Assembly: GCA_951406725.2 (NCBI GenBank)
Contig: OX597815.1
Coordinates: forward strand, 177,940,001 to 178,004,000
DNA: 64,000 nt
Reading direction: 5' to 3'
Origin: Octopus vulgaris
Taxonomy: Eukaryota
Below, piece after piece: positions 38,264-51,739 of the stretch. Within the stretch, counting starts at the first letter, position 1, and every line of letters begins with the position of its first letter. The notes below the pieces were generated by a model, which searched no databases, was not told where the DNA came from, and saw only the letters and a program-made list of their open reading frames with translations. A program made the position numbers and the translations under genes.

Positions 38264-38899
38264 ATACGTTTCTATGTACATACATACATATATGTATGCA
38301 TGTATGTATATCTATGTATATATATGTCTGTGTCTGTGTCTGTGTGTATGAATGCGTACGTATGTGCGTACGTATATGCATACATACTCGCATACATGTA
38401 TTTATACATTTATATTTACCAATGCAATAAGAGATAAAACAAAAACTAAACGACAGCATACAAAAAAAAACAGCGAAATGTCTAAAGCAAGAAGGTGAAA
38501 TATGTCAAACTGCGATGACGCAAATGGCAGACAAATCTATTTTGCAAAACATGTGTGTGTGTGTGCATATGGGTGGGGGGTTATGGGCGTCGTGTGTGCG
38601 TGTGTACGTGTGTGAGCGTGCATGTATGTGTGCACGTTTAAATTCATATTTATACTTGTATTTAGGAATTTATATATAAATTAGATACGCATGTCATTAT
38701 CATTATATGTAATATATATCTCATACATATATGTGTATGTGTGTGTGTGTCAGTGTGTGTATGTATGCATGTATGTATGTATTGCATAAATACATGTAAG
38801 TGTGCGTCTTTGTGTGTGTATATATATATATATATTTATATATACAAACACACACACACATATATATATATATATATTTATGTACATACGTATATATAC

Positions 38900-38968
<69 letters not shown>

Positions 38969-38971
38969 TAT

Positions 38972-39040
<69 letters not shown>

Positions 39041-39046
39041 TATATA

Positions 39047-39084
<38 letters not shown>

Positions 39085-39829
39085 CATACATACATACATA
39101 CATACATACATACATACATACATACATACATACATACATACACATAGCATAACTGCTTGTGTGTATGTGTCTATATATATATGCCCGATTGTTATACAAT
39201 ATACAAGCTGTCGTCTATTTTCCTTCGCTACCCAGTTCACTCGATATAGCATGTCATATCGGCTAACATGTTTTCATAGTGATTTCCCCTGCCGTCTACG
39301 ATCACAGATACACTGACACACACTCTTTTTGCCAGACTATATCACCGAAAATAGATTTCATGTTATGTTGACATGCATATACAAACTATACACACACGTT
39401 ATATACATACACACGTACGCACACGCACACTTGTATATATATAAATACATATACATATGAACATATATATATATATGCGTTTACATATGTTTTAGAATCT
39501 CAGTCATGTTAGAAAACAAAAAAATATGCATGTATTATTTCCGTTGCTATCTAAATCCCGTTGACGGAGCTTCTGTTTCTTTCATACAACCAGTATATAT
39601 ATATACATATATAGATGGATGGATGGATGGATGGATGTATAAACACACACACACACACACACGCACACACGCAAACACACGCACACACACAAACACACAC
39701 ACACACACGCACGTAGCTGCATGTTTCTTCGTCTTTACGTGAATTTCTTCTCAATCTGTAATCGTGAAACAAACTCTATATCTAAAATGCTGACTTTGTC
39801 AAAAAGTTACAATTCGCATCATCTCTGTT

Positions 39830-40536
39830 GCTTGTTTCAATCATTAGATTGCATCCGTGCTGGGGCAACGCCTTAAAGAATTTTAAACAAACGAATCGAC
39901 CCTAGTCATCTTCGTTTTAAGCCTTGTACTTACGCTACTTAATCTATCGGTCGCTTTGTCCGGCTGGACCAACAGCTTACGGGGACGTAAAAAAACATCG
40001 CCGGTTGTCAAGCTGTGCTAAGGGAAAACAGACACAAAGGCACACACACACACATAGTCAGATAGACACACACACACACATATATATGTATTTGCATATA
40101 TATATATATATAGTACTGTTATTCTCCTTGTCCTGTCTTTTACTATTTATATTTTGTACTGTCTTTACTGTCCTGTTTTTGTTACCATTTTCACCCCTCT
40201 GCCAAAAAATCTCAAATTTTATTTAATTTGCTTTTTGCGGGAAGGACTGTTTCAAAGAAATCGTGTCTCGCCTTTAACTTCGAAACGCGGAGTAGATGAA
40301 ACAGAGGCGACTGAAGGAGGGGAATGTTCCTTGTGTTGTATGTCTTGTACTCTATTTTTTCGTTGTTTAAGAATAATGTCCATTTCCCTGGTTTTGTGTT
40401 TATATTATCGTTTCTCATTGTGTTCGACGTTTTTTCTTTTGTTGTCCTGTACCCATATATGCATGTATATATACATGTAGATGTAGGTACGTACATATAT
40501 TTTTGTATATATGCATATGTTTTATTTATTAATTTG

Positions 40537-40570
<34 letters not shown>

Positions 40571-40760
40571 GTATGAATATTCATACGTATGCATGTCTGT
40601 GTGTTTATGTGTGTGCACGACAGGCTTCTTTCAGTTTTGATCTACTGAATCCGCTCACATCGCTTTGCTCGGGTCGAGGTTGTAGTAGAAAACGATTGCT
40701 CAGAACCCATAACCATGCGGTTGGGAAACAAATGTCTTACCATTTAGTCAAGCCTGCGTC
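39830..40760 (-). mobile_element. SINE family B split by a ~450 bp insertion in its internal (CA)n(TA)n tract
   Basis: 3' half 39830-40080 and 5' half 40617-40760 match the two halves of 57720-58185. Confidence 0.7.
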
Positions 40761-40839
40761 CAGCTGCTAGAGATGGCGAGACTTGGTAACCCAGTGGTTC
40801 GTCCACAGAGACCGATCGAATAAGTACCACACTTAGCAG

Positions 40840-41095
40840 TACTTCGTCTCCCGTTACGTTTTGAGTTCAAATTCCACCAAGGTCGATTTTGCCTTTCGTC
40901 TTTTCGGGGTCGATTAAATAAGTACCAGTTACGAAGTTGGGTCGATGTGATCGAATTAATTCCTTTGTCTGTCCTTGTTTGTCCCCTCTATGTTTATCCC
41001 CATGTAGGCAATAAAGAAATACATATTGGGGTCGATTCATTGGACTAAAAAGTCTTCTAGGCCGTGCTCCAACATGGCCAGAGTCTAATAACTGA
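40840..41095 (+). mobile_element. Family A SINE (5' truncated) plus family B-like tail
   Basis: TTGAGTTCAAATTCC...CGGGGTCGATTAAATAAGTACCAG...AAAGAAATA. Confidence 0.75.
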
Positions 41096-41171
41096 AACAA
41101 GCAAAATATTATAAAATAGAATACAAAACGTGTCTACTCATCTCTAACTTAATATCGTGAAAGTGAAGCAG

Positions 41172-41259
<88 letters not shown>

Positions 41260-41874
41260 CAGATATATAGAGAGATAGATAGACAGATACACACACACAT
41301 AAATATATTCAATGTTACACGCCTAATAGCATTTATCTTCGTCTTTATTTGAAATTCTCATGTATATGTATTCCTTAAACAGCTGTTTATCTAAAAGGAT
41401 GAATATGTCTAATGAAAATAAGAAATCTTAACCATGTTACGGATATGACCCACGAAGAAGCACAAATGTCAGGCTCCGCGTAAGAGTCTTACGTGTGAGA
41501 CGCTATGTTGTCGCTGGATCCATTAGTATGAGAAGTTATATTCTCTGAAATCATATACTTCCGTCTTAAAAGTGAAGTACACATTGGTTAATGAAGATAT
41601 ACAAGATGAGATGAAGATAATAAGTGAATAACTCTTGACTATAGACCTCCTCAAAGAGAATGGCCCCGGGGCAGTGAATAACAAACATAGGAAACGTGTT
41701 TGTTACAAGCAGAGATGTGAAAAATCTAATGAAGAATAGGGAGTATTAAAAATAGGATAAGTCTCGAGAAGGATCATATCTAAATGGAACACTAAAGAGA
41801 CGATTATTGGTATGAGTTAAATCTTCACATATGCGCACACACACACAAACAAACAAACACACACACATACACAT

Positions 41875-42190
41875 TGCCACTCCGTCGGTTAGGACGACGA
41901 GGTTTCCAGTTGATCCGAGAACCCAACAAGCTGCTCGAGAAATTAACGTGCAACTGTCTGAGCCCTCTGCAGACACGCGTAACCTAAACGTAGTTCTGAT
42001 GGTGATTCAGCGTGACAGAGAATGCAACAGGGCTGACCCTTTGAAATGTATGTAAGAATGTTGCCAGCTGAGTGGACTGGAGCAACATAGAAATAAAGTG
42101 TCTTCCTCAAGAACACAACGTGGTCACCGAGAATAGAACTCGTGACTTTACGATCGTGATCCGATTGCCTCAACCACTAAGCCACGGGCA
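41875..42190 (-). mobile_element. SINE family C
   Basis: Reverse complement of the 37415-37710 family (CACTCCGTCGGTT...AAATAAAGTGTCTTCCTCAAGAACAC...AACCACTAAGCC). Confidence 0.8.
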
Positions 42191-43059
42191 TGGACAAGTA
42201 TGCAGAGAAACCATTCATATACATTCCCTTACGACAACCCATAGTTCCTACCCCTATGGAACTATTTTTGTAGTGCACATGGCAAAATTTTAGAGGGAAG
42301 ATTTACGAATTCAAATGTCTATGTAGGTTTAGCCTTTGCTCGCTTTCTTCAAATATTTTGATGTCGCATGGTCAGAAGGTTTGAGGTACGTAGCATTTGA
42401 TAAATCTATGATAAATCTATTTCAATGGAAAGCTGTGCTGAAGACGGGTGTGAAATATATATGCAATATATATGAAATATATATCAAAAGTATATATGAA
42501 ATATATATTCAATATGTTTATAATCCAGAAACATGATGTTCACAGATAACCACCAGACTTCGTTTTCGTTATCTATTCCTTCTGTTTTGCACATGTGTAT
42601 TGCAGGGTTTGTCGTGTGTGGAGCCCCACTTGTGGGAAATAGAAATAAGCATTCTTGACTGCTATTTCTACTTTTTCGGTATGCTATCAAGCAACCTGTT
42701 GCCTGTCCCTTTTTTCTTATATTAGTATATATATATATGTGTGTGTGTGTGTGCGTTTTGTTCCTTTATTTCCTTGACGAGATGTTTGCATTGTTTTATA
42801 TCACGTTTATCTCCCCCGGAAAAATGTCAATGTTTTTTTCGAAATATATGTTGGAATTATAAATGAATTGAATAACACCTGCGTTTGACTCCATTTCTTA
42901 ATTTATACATCTTATCAAGAACATTTCACTTAACCCTGGAATTTCTACCTCTATAAGGGGACTGTAATATCCTTGGTATTTATGTGAACCTTTACAACTC
43001 TGGTTACTATGTATTTATATTTTCCTTGTTATTTGTACACGCTGAAAAAATATGCAAAC

Positions 43060-43097
<38 letters not shown>

Positions 43098-43136
43098 ACA
43101 GAGAGAGAAAGAGAGATAGATAGATAGACAGATATA

Positions 43137-43194
<58 letters not shown>

Positions 43195-43349
43195 TATATT
43201 AGTAAAGGGTAAAACCTTAAAAAATTTTATCAGTGTCCAGCATATAGTATAGAACTATTAAGGTGAATTCATATTCTATTATTCTTTTATATGTTTCAGC
43301 CTTGAGGCTGCGGCCAAGATGGGGCACTGCCAGTAATAATGTAACAAGC

Positions 43350-43421
43350 CTCCTTGGCGGAGAATCGAGCCCCGGTTTCCCTCGTGACAGGCGGCATTAC
43401 TTACCACTATACTAGATTTAT
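43350..43421 (-). pseudogene. tRNA-Asp(GTC)-derived pseudogene
   Basis: Minus strand TAGTATAGTGGTAAGTAATGCCGCCTGTCACGAGGGAAACCGGGGCTCGATTCTCCGCCAAGGAG closely follows the metazoan tRNA-Asp consensus; 5' acceptor strand lost, T-loop mutated. Confidence 0.8.
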
Positions 43422-43534
43422 GAAAGTATAAAATGCAATTATGCTTTAGAGCATAGAAGAGATCATGCCAATACTGAAAATAAACGCTAAATTGTCAAAC
43501 CACTTAAAAGTACCACTTTTAAAGTTCACACACA

Positions 43535-43592
<58 letters not shown>

Positions 43593-43896
43593 GCTCCTGT
43601 ACCTAAACCTCAGCACCATCATGGCATCTCATCTGACATTTTAAAACGGACAATTGTCCGAAAAGACATCCACATGGATTGCACATCCGATTTGGACCAC
43701 CAAATGCTGCAGATAAGTTCTGATCTTTGCGGATCTTAAAATGTCTTTTGCGGCCTCGTAAGATTTGCAAACCTACTGGCATACACTATATATATAAAGT
43801 TAATCCAAACAAGAAAACACAAAAAAACACAACAACGCGAGGATGTGGAACAAATATAGTATTATTGGACGCTCAGGAAAGAAGGGAAGAAGGAGG

Positions 43897-43931
43897 GTTT
43901 AACGTTTCGAGCGGAGCTCTTCGTCGGAAAC
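43897..43931 (-). ncRNA. Minimal hammerhead ribozyme motif (PLE type)
   Basis: GTTT CCGACGA A GAGC-TCC-GCTC GAAA CGT T AAAC: helix I GTTT/AAAC, palindromic ACGT helix III. Confidence 0.65.
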
Positions 43932-43977
43932 ATAGGAAAAGGAAAGATCCCGAAAAGGGAAGACAGAGGGAAAAAAA

Positions 43978-44505
43978 TACGACGGGCTTTTTTCAGTTTC
44001 CGTCTCCAAAATCCACTTACAAGGTTTTGGTTGGTCCAACGCTATAGTAAAAAACGCAGTAGGACGGAACCCATAACCATGTGGTTGGGAAGATAGGGTC
44101 CAACCACAAACCCACACCTGCCTCTATACACATCTTTTTCCTCTATCACTAGACTACGGCCAAACTGGAGCACTACATTGAAGGGCTCACTCGAACGATT
44201 GGTCCACAGTAAGTAAAGAAAAGTCTGGTTCTTATATTATCTGTCTTCTGCCGAAACGCTATGTTACGGGGAGGCAAACAAACAGGCGGCGGTGAGGTCA
44301 AACACAGATACGAAGACATACACAAAAAGATATATACATACATATACATATATAAGACGGTCTTCTTTAAGTTTCCGTCTACCAAATTTACTCACAAGTA
44401 GATTTGGGCGTCCCGATGCTATACCAGAAGAAACTTGCTCGAGGTGCCGCACGGTGGGACTGAACCTAATGTGGTTGGGATGCAAACTACTTACTATGCC
44501 TACCC
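43978..44505 (-). mobile_element. Two SINE family B copies
   Basis: ACGACGGGCTTTTTCAGTTTCCGTCT...ATCCAC at ~43979 and AGTTTCCGTCTACCAAAT...GGTGGGACTGAACC at ~44370-44466. Confidence 0.75.
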
Positions 44506-45037
44506 TTATATATGTATATATCTTTTTTTTCTTTTTTACTCTAATGGGTCTGCGTCTACGATCGACTAAACATTTGAAGGTACCGTGCCTTCTGTTGGGT
44601 AGTCGATCAAAATCCACCCGTGTGCTTATTCATACATCGGACATAAACAAACGAACAACAGTTGTCGTGGTAACAAACGCGAACACGAAAACACATACAC
44701 GCATATATATATATATGTATGTGTGTGTGTGTTTGGGCAAGTGTCTATCGATGCGTTTGTACATATATGTGTGTGTATACATACGTACACATCTACTTAA
44801 ATACAGCCATACATACATACACACGCACAAGCTCATGGGTGTAGGCTTCCAGTAATTGAAGGCATTGTATTAATGTTTAAATACTGTCGAATTAAATACG
44901 ACACGTGGTATATACACACACACACATGCACGCATACACACATATATGTACATTCGACAAAGATTATTTCTTTGTAAGACATTTGTGTTTATTCTTGAAA
45001 ACAGCTAAGACGAAGATAGTTCTTGTTTTCTCTGTAG

Positions 45038-45128
45038 GAAAATACCAGCTGAAGCCGCAGCTCTTTTCAACAACTATTTAATCATTTTATCAATATTTCT
45101 ATTGTTGCCAGCTTTTTGTTATTCATAA
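45038..45128 (+). CDS. Candidate terminal coding exon (hydrophobic, GPI-signal/TM-like C-terminus)
   Basis: TTCTTGTTTTCTCTGTAG acceptor; KIPAEAAALFNNYLIILSIFLLLPAFCYS*; AATAAA just downstream, then repeat-free AT-rich sequence. Confidence 0.3.
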
Positions 45129-46388
45129 TACACGCAAAAATAAATAAAAAAATAGTTCTTTTGAAATATTAAAATTATATTTCTTTTCTTTACTTATATT
45201 TAAAAGTTCAAAGTAATATAATGAAAAAAATAAAACTTTTATTCTAAAATTATATTGATTGATTCAACAATATAAATAATTGTATTTAAAGAATACAGAA
45301 GAAAAACTATCCCACACAATGCCTTCCTTATATGTTAAGCCAGTTAATATATTTCCCTAAATTCCTGCATTCTAAATTGTCTTTGTTCCATAATTACGTT
45401 TACTGAGTTTACCCCCTCTTATACATGTTCACACAATCAAAATTTGACTGAAAATTGTTTTCTTCCTTCCAGCTTTAGTTTACACATATGTCTAAACATT
45501 TTGCTATTGATTTTCAAGTTACTAACAAAAATTTACCGATTAAGCTTTCGTATTCATTTGGTTCTCAACACATGCATATTTATTTTGGGTTTAATATTTT
45601 CTGTAGACTATAATTGGCTATAATATCTTTTTTTTTTAGTAAATATGTAATATTTTTGCCAATTAAATTACTTGTGTATATATCATAAAAACATTATAAT
45701 TTGAGTCTACCACAGACTCTTGTGTAACCCATCCCTTTATTTCTTTATTTATTTAACCTTCTGATCACCGACTTCTATTAGATGAACAGATGGAAAATAG
45801 TTTGTGTATTAAAATTTACCTTGAATAGGGGGCATTCATTTTCTTCATGGCGTGGTTAAGATTCTTTCGCCGAAGCATATGTCTCGAAAAAACTCAAGGT
45901 CCTCCATTTCAAGCTATAGAATAAAAAAAAATGCTCTTTTTGTTTACTTCAACAGCAATAGTTCACTCGTGATTAGTTAATAGTATACTTGATGCAGGAA
46001 GTAAAAAATAAAAGTAATTCATTAAAGACGATCCTGAATGCCTGATCTTCGTGTGGAAAATTAGCCCCCAGAAGCGCGGCCAGACGACCTCAAATCATTC
46101 AGATATTAATCTAATGTACAACCTTTCAAATAAACAGTGGAACTGGAGGCGAATAGACAAGCAATTCCTGTGCTTTGAAGGCTTTTTGCTATTGATTTTC
46201 AAGTGTCCTGAAATCAAGAATTTACTCGTTTCTGCTAAAGCACCTGTCAAGTGCAGAGTACACAGTTATATTTCATCAAATGTACTCCTAACCTAAAATG
46301 TATTTTACGATATTTGAGACTATCCTAGTTGTTGTTTTATTTTAGGCTAGCTTTATATTCAAACCCACTACAGGCGTTACTTTGTAAC

Positions 46389-46522
<134 letters not shown>

Positions 46523-46718
46523 TAGATTATATAAATTTAGATTAATAAGGATAAGATCGTTAATTTAAAATAAAATAATGAACTCATCAAGTGGTCAGCA
46601 TGGAAAAAAGTAACCTTCAAAATTAATAATTATTTAAAATTATTGTTTAAAATTTTGAAATAGCCTTGATGCATACGTGCATATATATGTATGTATATGT
46701 TCGTATATATAAGTATTC

Positions 46719-46842
<124 letters not shown>

Positions 46843-46984
46843 CGTGTGTGTGTGTGTATGTATAAAAAATATATATTAAAATACAAAATGGGACAAGAAC
46901 GCAAAACAATCAAATAGACGACACAAAAACGGACGGGTCATTCGAAGCCTCTAATCTTCAGTCAAGAACCGGATCATCCTCGCA

Positions 46985-47023
<39 letters not shown>

Positions 47024-47029
47024 GTGTTG

Positions 47030-47335
47030 TTAAGTTATTTGATCTTTCTCGAGCTATACCTGGCTGATAAGGGTCGGTTTCCCGGTTCCACTGGCGAATA
47101 TGTTTCCCACCTGGACGGGACGCCGATCCGTCGCCGATGAGCTGCAAGATGCGGGAGGAAAGAGTGAGAGAAAGTTGTGGCGAAAGAATCAGCAGAAGTT
47201 CACCATTACCTTCTGCCGGAGACGCGTGGAGCTTAGGCCTTTCGCTCTTAAACACATACATCGCCCGGTCTGAGATCCGAAACCGCGATCCCACGACCGC
47301 GAGTCCGCTGCTCTAACCACTAGGTCATGTGCCTA
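47030..47335 (-). mobile_element. tRNA-derived SINE family D
   Basis: Minus strand AGTGGTTAGAGCAGCGGACTCGCGGTC...GGTTTCGGATCTCAG head; tail GGCGTCCCGTCCAGG...GAACCGGGAAACCG. Confidence 0.7.
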
Positions 47336-47341
47336 CGCGAG

Positions 47342-47414
<73 letters not shown>

Positions 47415-47559
47415 ACACGTATAGACGTAGGTGTGACAGTGTAATAAGAAGATTGCCTTCCAGTCGCATAAGTTCGGGTTCCGTTTCAACTCGTGACATT
47501 TTCGGTATCTTCTACAAACTAACACATCTATCATCTATCTATCTATCTATCTATCTATC

Positions 47560-47720
47560 TAAATTTTATTCTCTCAGTTTCTTTTCTCTTTTTCCTTTCT
47601 GTTGAAGAGCGTAGAATCGAAACGTAAAAGACTTTCTTACTTTTCCTGGTATCAAACTATTACACCTGCTTGCTGTTCATACACCTGTCTTCGTCTTTTG
47701 TTTTCCTATAAATTTCAAAT
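47560..47720 (+). mobile_element. Short PLE-tail-like element with degenerate minimal hammerhead
   Basis: CTTT CTGTTGA A GAGC GTAG AATC GAAA CGT A AAAG at 47595-47630; same family as 21755-21930. Confidence 0.6.
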
Positions 47721-47738
47721 ATATATATATATACAAAA

Positions 47739-48200
47739 TATAATAAGGGTTAGGCAAAAGAATTTGCTTCACCACACACCGAACTTTGGCAGCCAAAATT
47801 AAAAAAACAGCTGTTTCTTCCACCGTAAGAAACAGACAATATATGCTCAAAAACGTATCACGTAGGCAGAGAAAGAAAACAACGAAATTCACCCGGCATT
47901 AGATTAATTGTGTACGTGTTTCGAAATTAGATAGATATGAAAAATGCAAGAACTGCACTTCCATTCTGATCACTTTTCTCATCAGGACATTATTTCCAGT
48001 ATTTCTGTACACAGTTAATATAATGCCGGGTGAATTTCGTTGTTTTCTTTCTCTGCCTACGTGATACGTTTTTGAGCATATATTGCCTGGGAGTTGTTTC
48101 TTAAAGTAGAAGAAATAGCTAGTTTTTTTTAAAATTTTGGCTGCTATTTCTAAAGTTCGGTGTGTGGTGAAGCAAATCCTTTTGCCTAACCCTTATTATA
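47739..48200. mobile_element. Fold-back element (~180 bp arms) with hammerhead in the spacer
   Basis: TATAATAAGGGTTAGGCAAAAG...GGCATTAGATTAATTGTGTAC vs GTACACAGTTAATATAATGCC...CTTTTGCCTAACCCTTATTATA; spacer minus strand CTGATGA GAAA...TTTC GAAA CACGT A. Confidence 0.85.
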
Positions 48201-48261
48201 ATAAATATTGTTTAAATTTACCGAATCACTACTTGGTGGAATTATTAATTAGTTTTACCCC

Positions 48262-48318
<57 letters not shown>

Positions 48319-48329
48319 CATACACACAT

Positions 48330-49690
48330 GTATGTATTTGTGTATCAGGATTTGAGACTGTGTATGTAATAAAAAGTACGTGTCTGAATAGCTCAGGGGC
48401 GGATTTTATACTCTGCTGCGTCAAATTGTCTGCATGCACTACAGGAATATGATTCTGCCGGTACTTCTGTACCAAAGTTGAGATTTACATGTTACACATG
48501 TAATCTACAAGTTCCGTATTATAACAGCGTGTTCCTACCAAACAAGGGAATACATCAGCAACACTGTAAATGTTAAGCGCCGCTATCATGCACGCAGGAA
48601 CTCTTTCATCAATCCAAATACTAAGTTGTCAACTTCCTTAGCAACGTATGTGCACAACCACAAATCCTCAAATATTCCATACCCACAACAATGCACAAAT
48701 CTTGTAAACATAAGTACTATTCATTTTTTCACGCACTCCGCCAAATCTACATAAACACATGATAAATTCCACACCCAACAAAATCTTAAACGCAGACAAA
48801 GCCGGCCTTAACAACCTACTAATTAAAACATACTAACCCCCTCCTACTCTCTCTCTCTCTGTCTCTCTCTCTCTCTCTCTCACTCTCTCTCATACACGAA
48901 TCTCCAAATGCTTCACATCAACTACTTCACATATCCTTCTTAGCCTCCCCAGTCTCAAAAAGTACTTAACAATAGTCCACTCCTTTTAAAACTAACCAAT
49001 CTACTTCTCTCCCTCCCTACCTACAACCCTCTTTTCAATTCCACATTCCTCTATTGACCATAACATTCCACCCCTACAATAGCAACCCAGTTCTTCTGTC
49101 TCACTAACAACTACTTTTGAGAACCTCCTCACCTGCCAGCTATTGAACCAATCAATTCATTTCCCTCAAACTATACCCATCCCTGTTTCTCTATCTCAAC
49201 CTTTGACTCTATAGCCTTCATACAAACTAAACAAAGGTCACCATTCACATACTACCTAAGCCACCCTTCCTCATTCATGCTACCATCCCCATCTACTATT
49301 ATCACTAGCCTCATTATTAACCCTTACCCCATAATCTATTTTCTCCTCCCGCTACTCTCTATCTAAACTGTCCCCAACTCCTCTTTCTAATACACTTAGT
49401 TCTCCACAAAATCATTAATCCCCATTTAGTCAACGCCACAAATGTAAAATTCTTCCCTGAAGACGGAGGGCGGTGGTTATCCAATGATGGAATTAAGTTA
49501 TAAGCATTATTTAAAACCACCAAACTCCAAGAAACAGTTATTTGACTCGTAAAACTTCCACTCAACTCCCTTAATTTTTGATAACACTTCTATTCTGTTA
49601 GTCGGACTTTATAATAAGTAGACATAAGTACAACTTTTGTATTAAATGTATTTAATGTTTTGTATATCAACTTTCCTAACTTGCTTGTCC
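48330..49690 (+). mobile_element. Decayed PLE (GIY-YIG relic + long 3' UTR) in (TA)n
   Basis: From 48494: THVIYKFRIITACSYQTREYISNTVNVKRRYHARRNSFINPNTKLSTSLATYV...NIPY aligns by eye with IIYEATV...YVGLTEGNFKARFNNHTLSF...ATQLSNHIW...VDY of the intact element; (TA)n on both flanks. Confidence 0.6.
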
Positions 49691-49703
49691 TTGTATATAT
49701 GTA

Positions 49704-49779
<76 letters not shown>

Positions 49780-49891
49780 TGTATATATAGTATATATATA
49801 TATATATATATATTTCTACTCATATATATACATATATATATATACACACATATATTTAGTTCTACATATATATATATATATATACACACAC

Positions 49892-49932
<41 letters not shown>

Positions 49933-49986
49933 TACAGAGAGAGCGAGAGGGAAGGAGTGAAAGAAAGAGATAGATAGATAGATAGT

Positions 49987-50150
<164 letters not shown>

Positions 50151-50819
50151 CAGATAGATAGCAAGATATTAAGCAATACTGCCGGCCACAATGTTGCTTC
50201 GTATTTTTGTTTTTTATTACATTAATATCCGAGTTGTTTTACTCTTGCTAAGATATAATCAGAAACCAAACAATACAAAAATGTAAATGAAATACGAAAA
50301 CATAACAGATGTAGTTGACAAAATCTCAATGTAATTACTGACAAATAATGTTAACAACATTGTATGAATATGAAGACAGTTGTCAACAGTAGAATCAGGT
50401 TTATTATGGAAACATCTATAATCTAGTCTGCGAAATGTCTGCTGCAAAACAAAATATAACAAGATTGAATATTATTCAGAATATAATATAGAAAACATGC
50501 CTGTCAATATATGAGAAATCATATATGTAAATACATGAAACACTGCGTGTGTGTGTTGGGGGGAGAGGCACGTGTGTATGTTTGTGTGTGTGTGTGTGTA
50601 TGCGAGCATGACCATAATTGTGTATGTATCTATATGTATAGTTATCTGCATGTACATATATGTGAATATGCGTACGTGTGTGTGTGTGGAGAGAGGGAGA
50701 GAGATAGAGATAGAAAGAGAGACTTAACTACTGCTAGATAAGTTAATAATCCTGATACACACATTGATACATGTATAGGTAGATGTGTGTGTGTGTGTAT
50801 TCATATCTATCTATATATG

Positions 50820-50887
<68 letters not shown>

Positions 50888-50975
50888 AGTATATGTATGT
50901 TGTACGTGTGCATATTCACATATATAAGGATTTAGATAGATGCATAGATATACATACTTACGTAGACAGACAGAC

Positions 50976-51041
<66 letters not shown>

Positions 51042-51739
51042 ACATGTTATTTTTGGAGTGCGTTCCTTTTTCTTTGTTTCAAAGAAAGAACGTATTTTCC
51101 TCTTTCTGTTTTATTTACTTACATTCATGCTCACAGATAATTAATGTCCTTGAAAATTGTGCGTTTTATAATATATTTACTTTCATGCATAAACACTTAA
51201 ACAGGTTTAAGTTCTTTCATTATGCTAAAAAAAATTTCACTATGTTTTCCATTTCTTTCCATAGTTAATTATGTTTTGCTTCAGCTTGAAATTGTTGCAA
51301 TGAGAGACTCGGCGGAGATACAGCGGTCTTTTACATTTTTCTGGTTTAATTGTATGAGCACAACAACCGATATTATCAATTGTTCTACACACATGGCAAT
51401 CTCCGATTTTTAGCCTGCCTTCACAATTTGTCTTATTTCTTCTCTATTCTGCAGGGATAAGACGCTTTTCTGATTCTCAGCCTTTACGTTGAGAAAAACT
51501 TCCGATGTGGTTCCAAACCAGTTTTCCTGTCCAGTTCTCTTCATATCCAGTAAGGTAACCTCAGTCTTTCTTATAAATGCCATTTCAAGGATTATTGTTT
51601 GTGCGCTAATATAGTCACTACCCGTCATAATTCCACCAAAATATACATCGGATCTTCAAACAACTTTAAGCGCATGTTATTAACACCTATCAGCTCTTTC
51701 TCTAAACTAAGTACAAATCTTCTACTTTAGCAACTGAGA

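Noticed and set aside
42484-42690. Protein-like 68 aa ORF / possible exon
   Set aside because: No recognisable motif, and splice phases do not link the candidate exons
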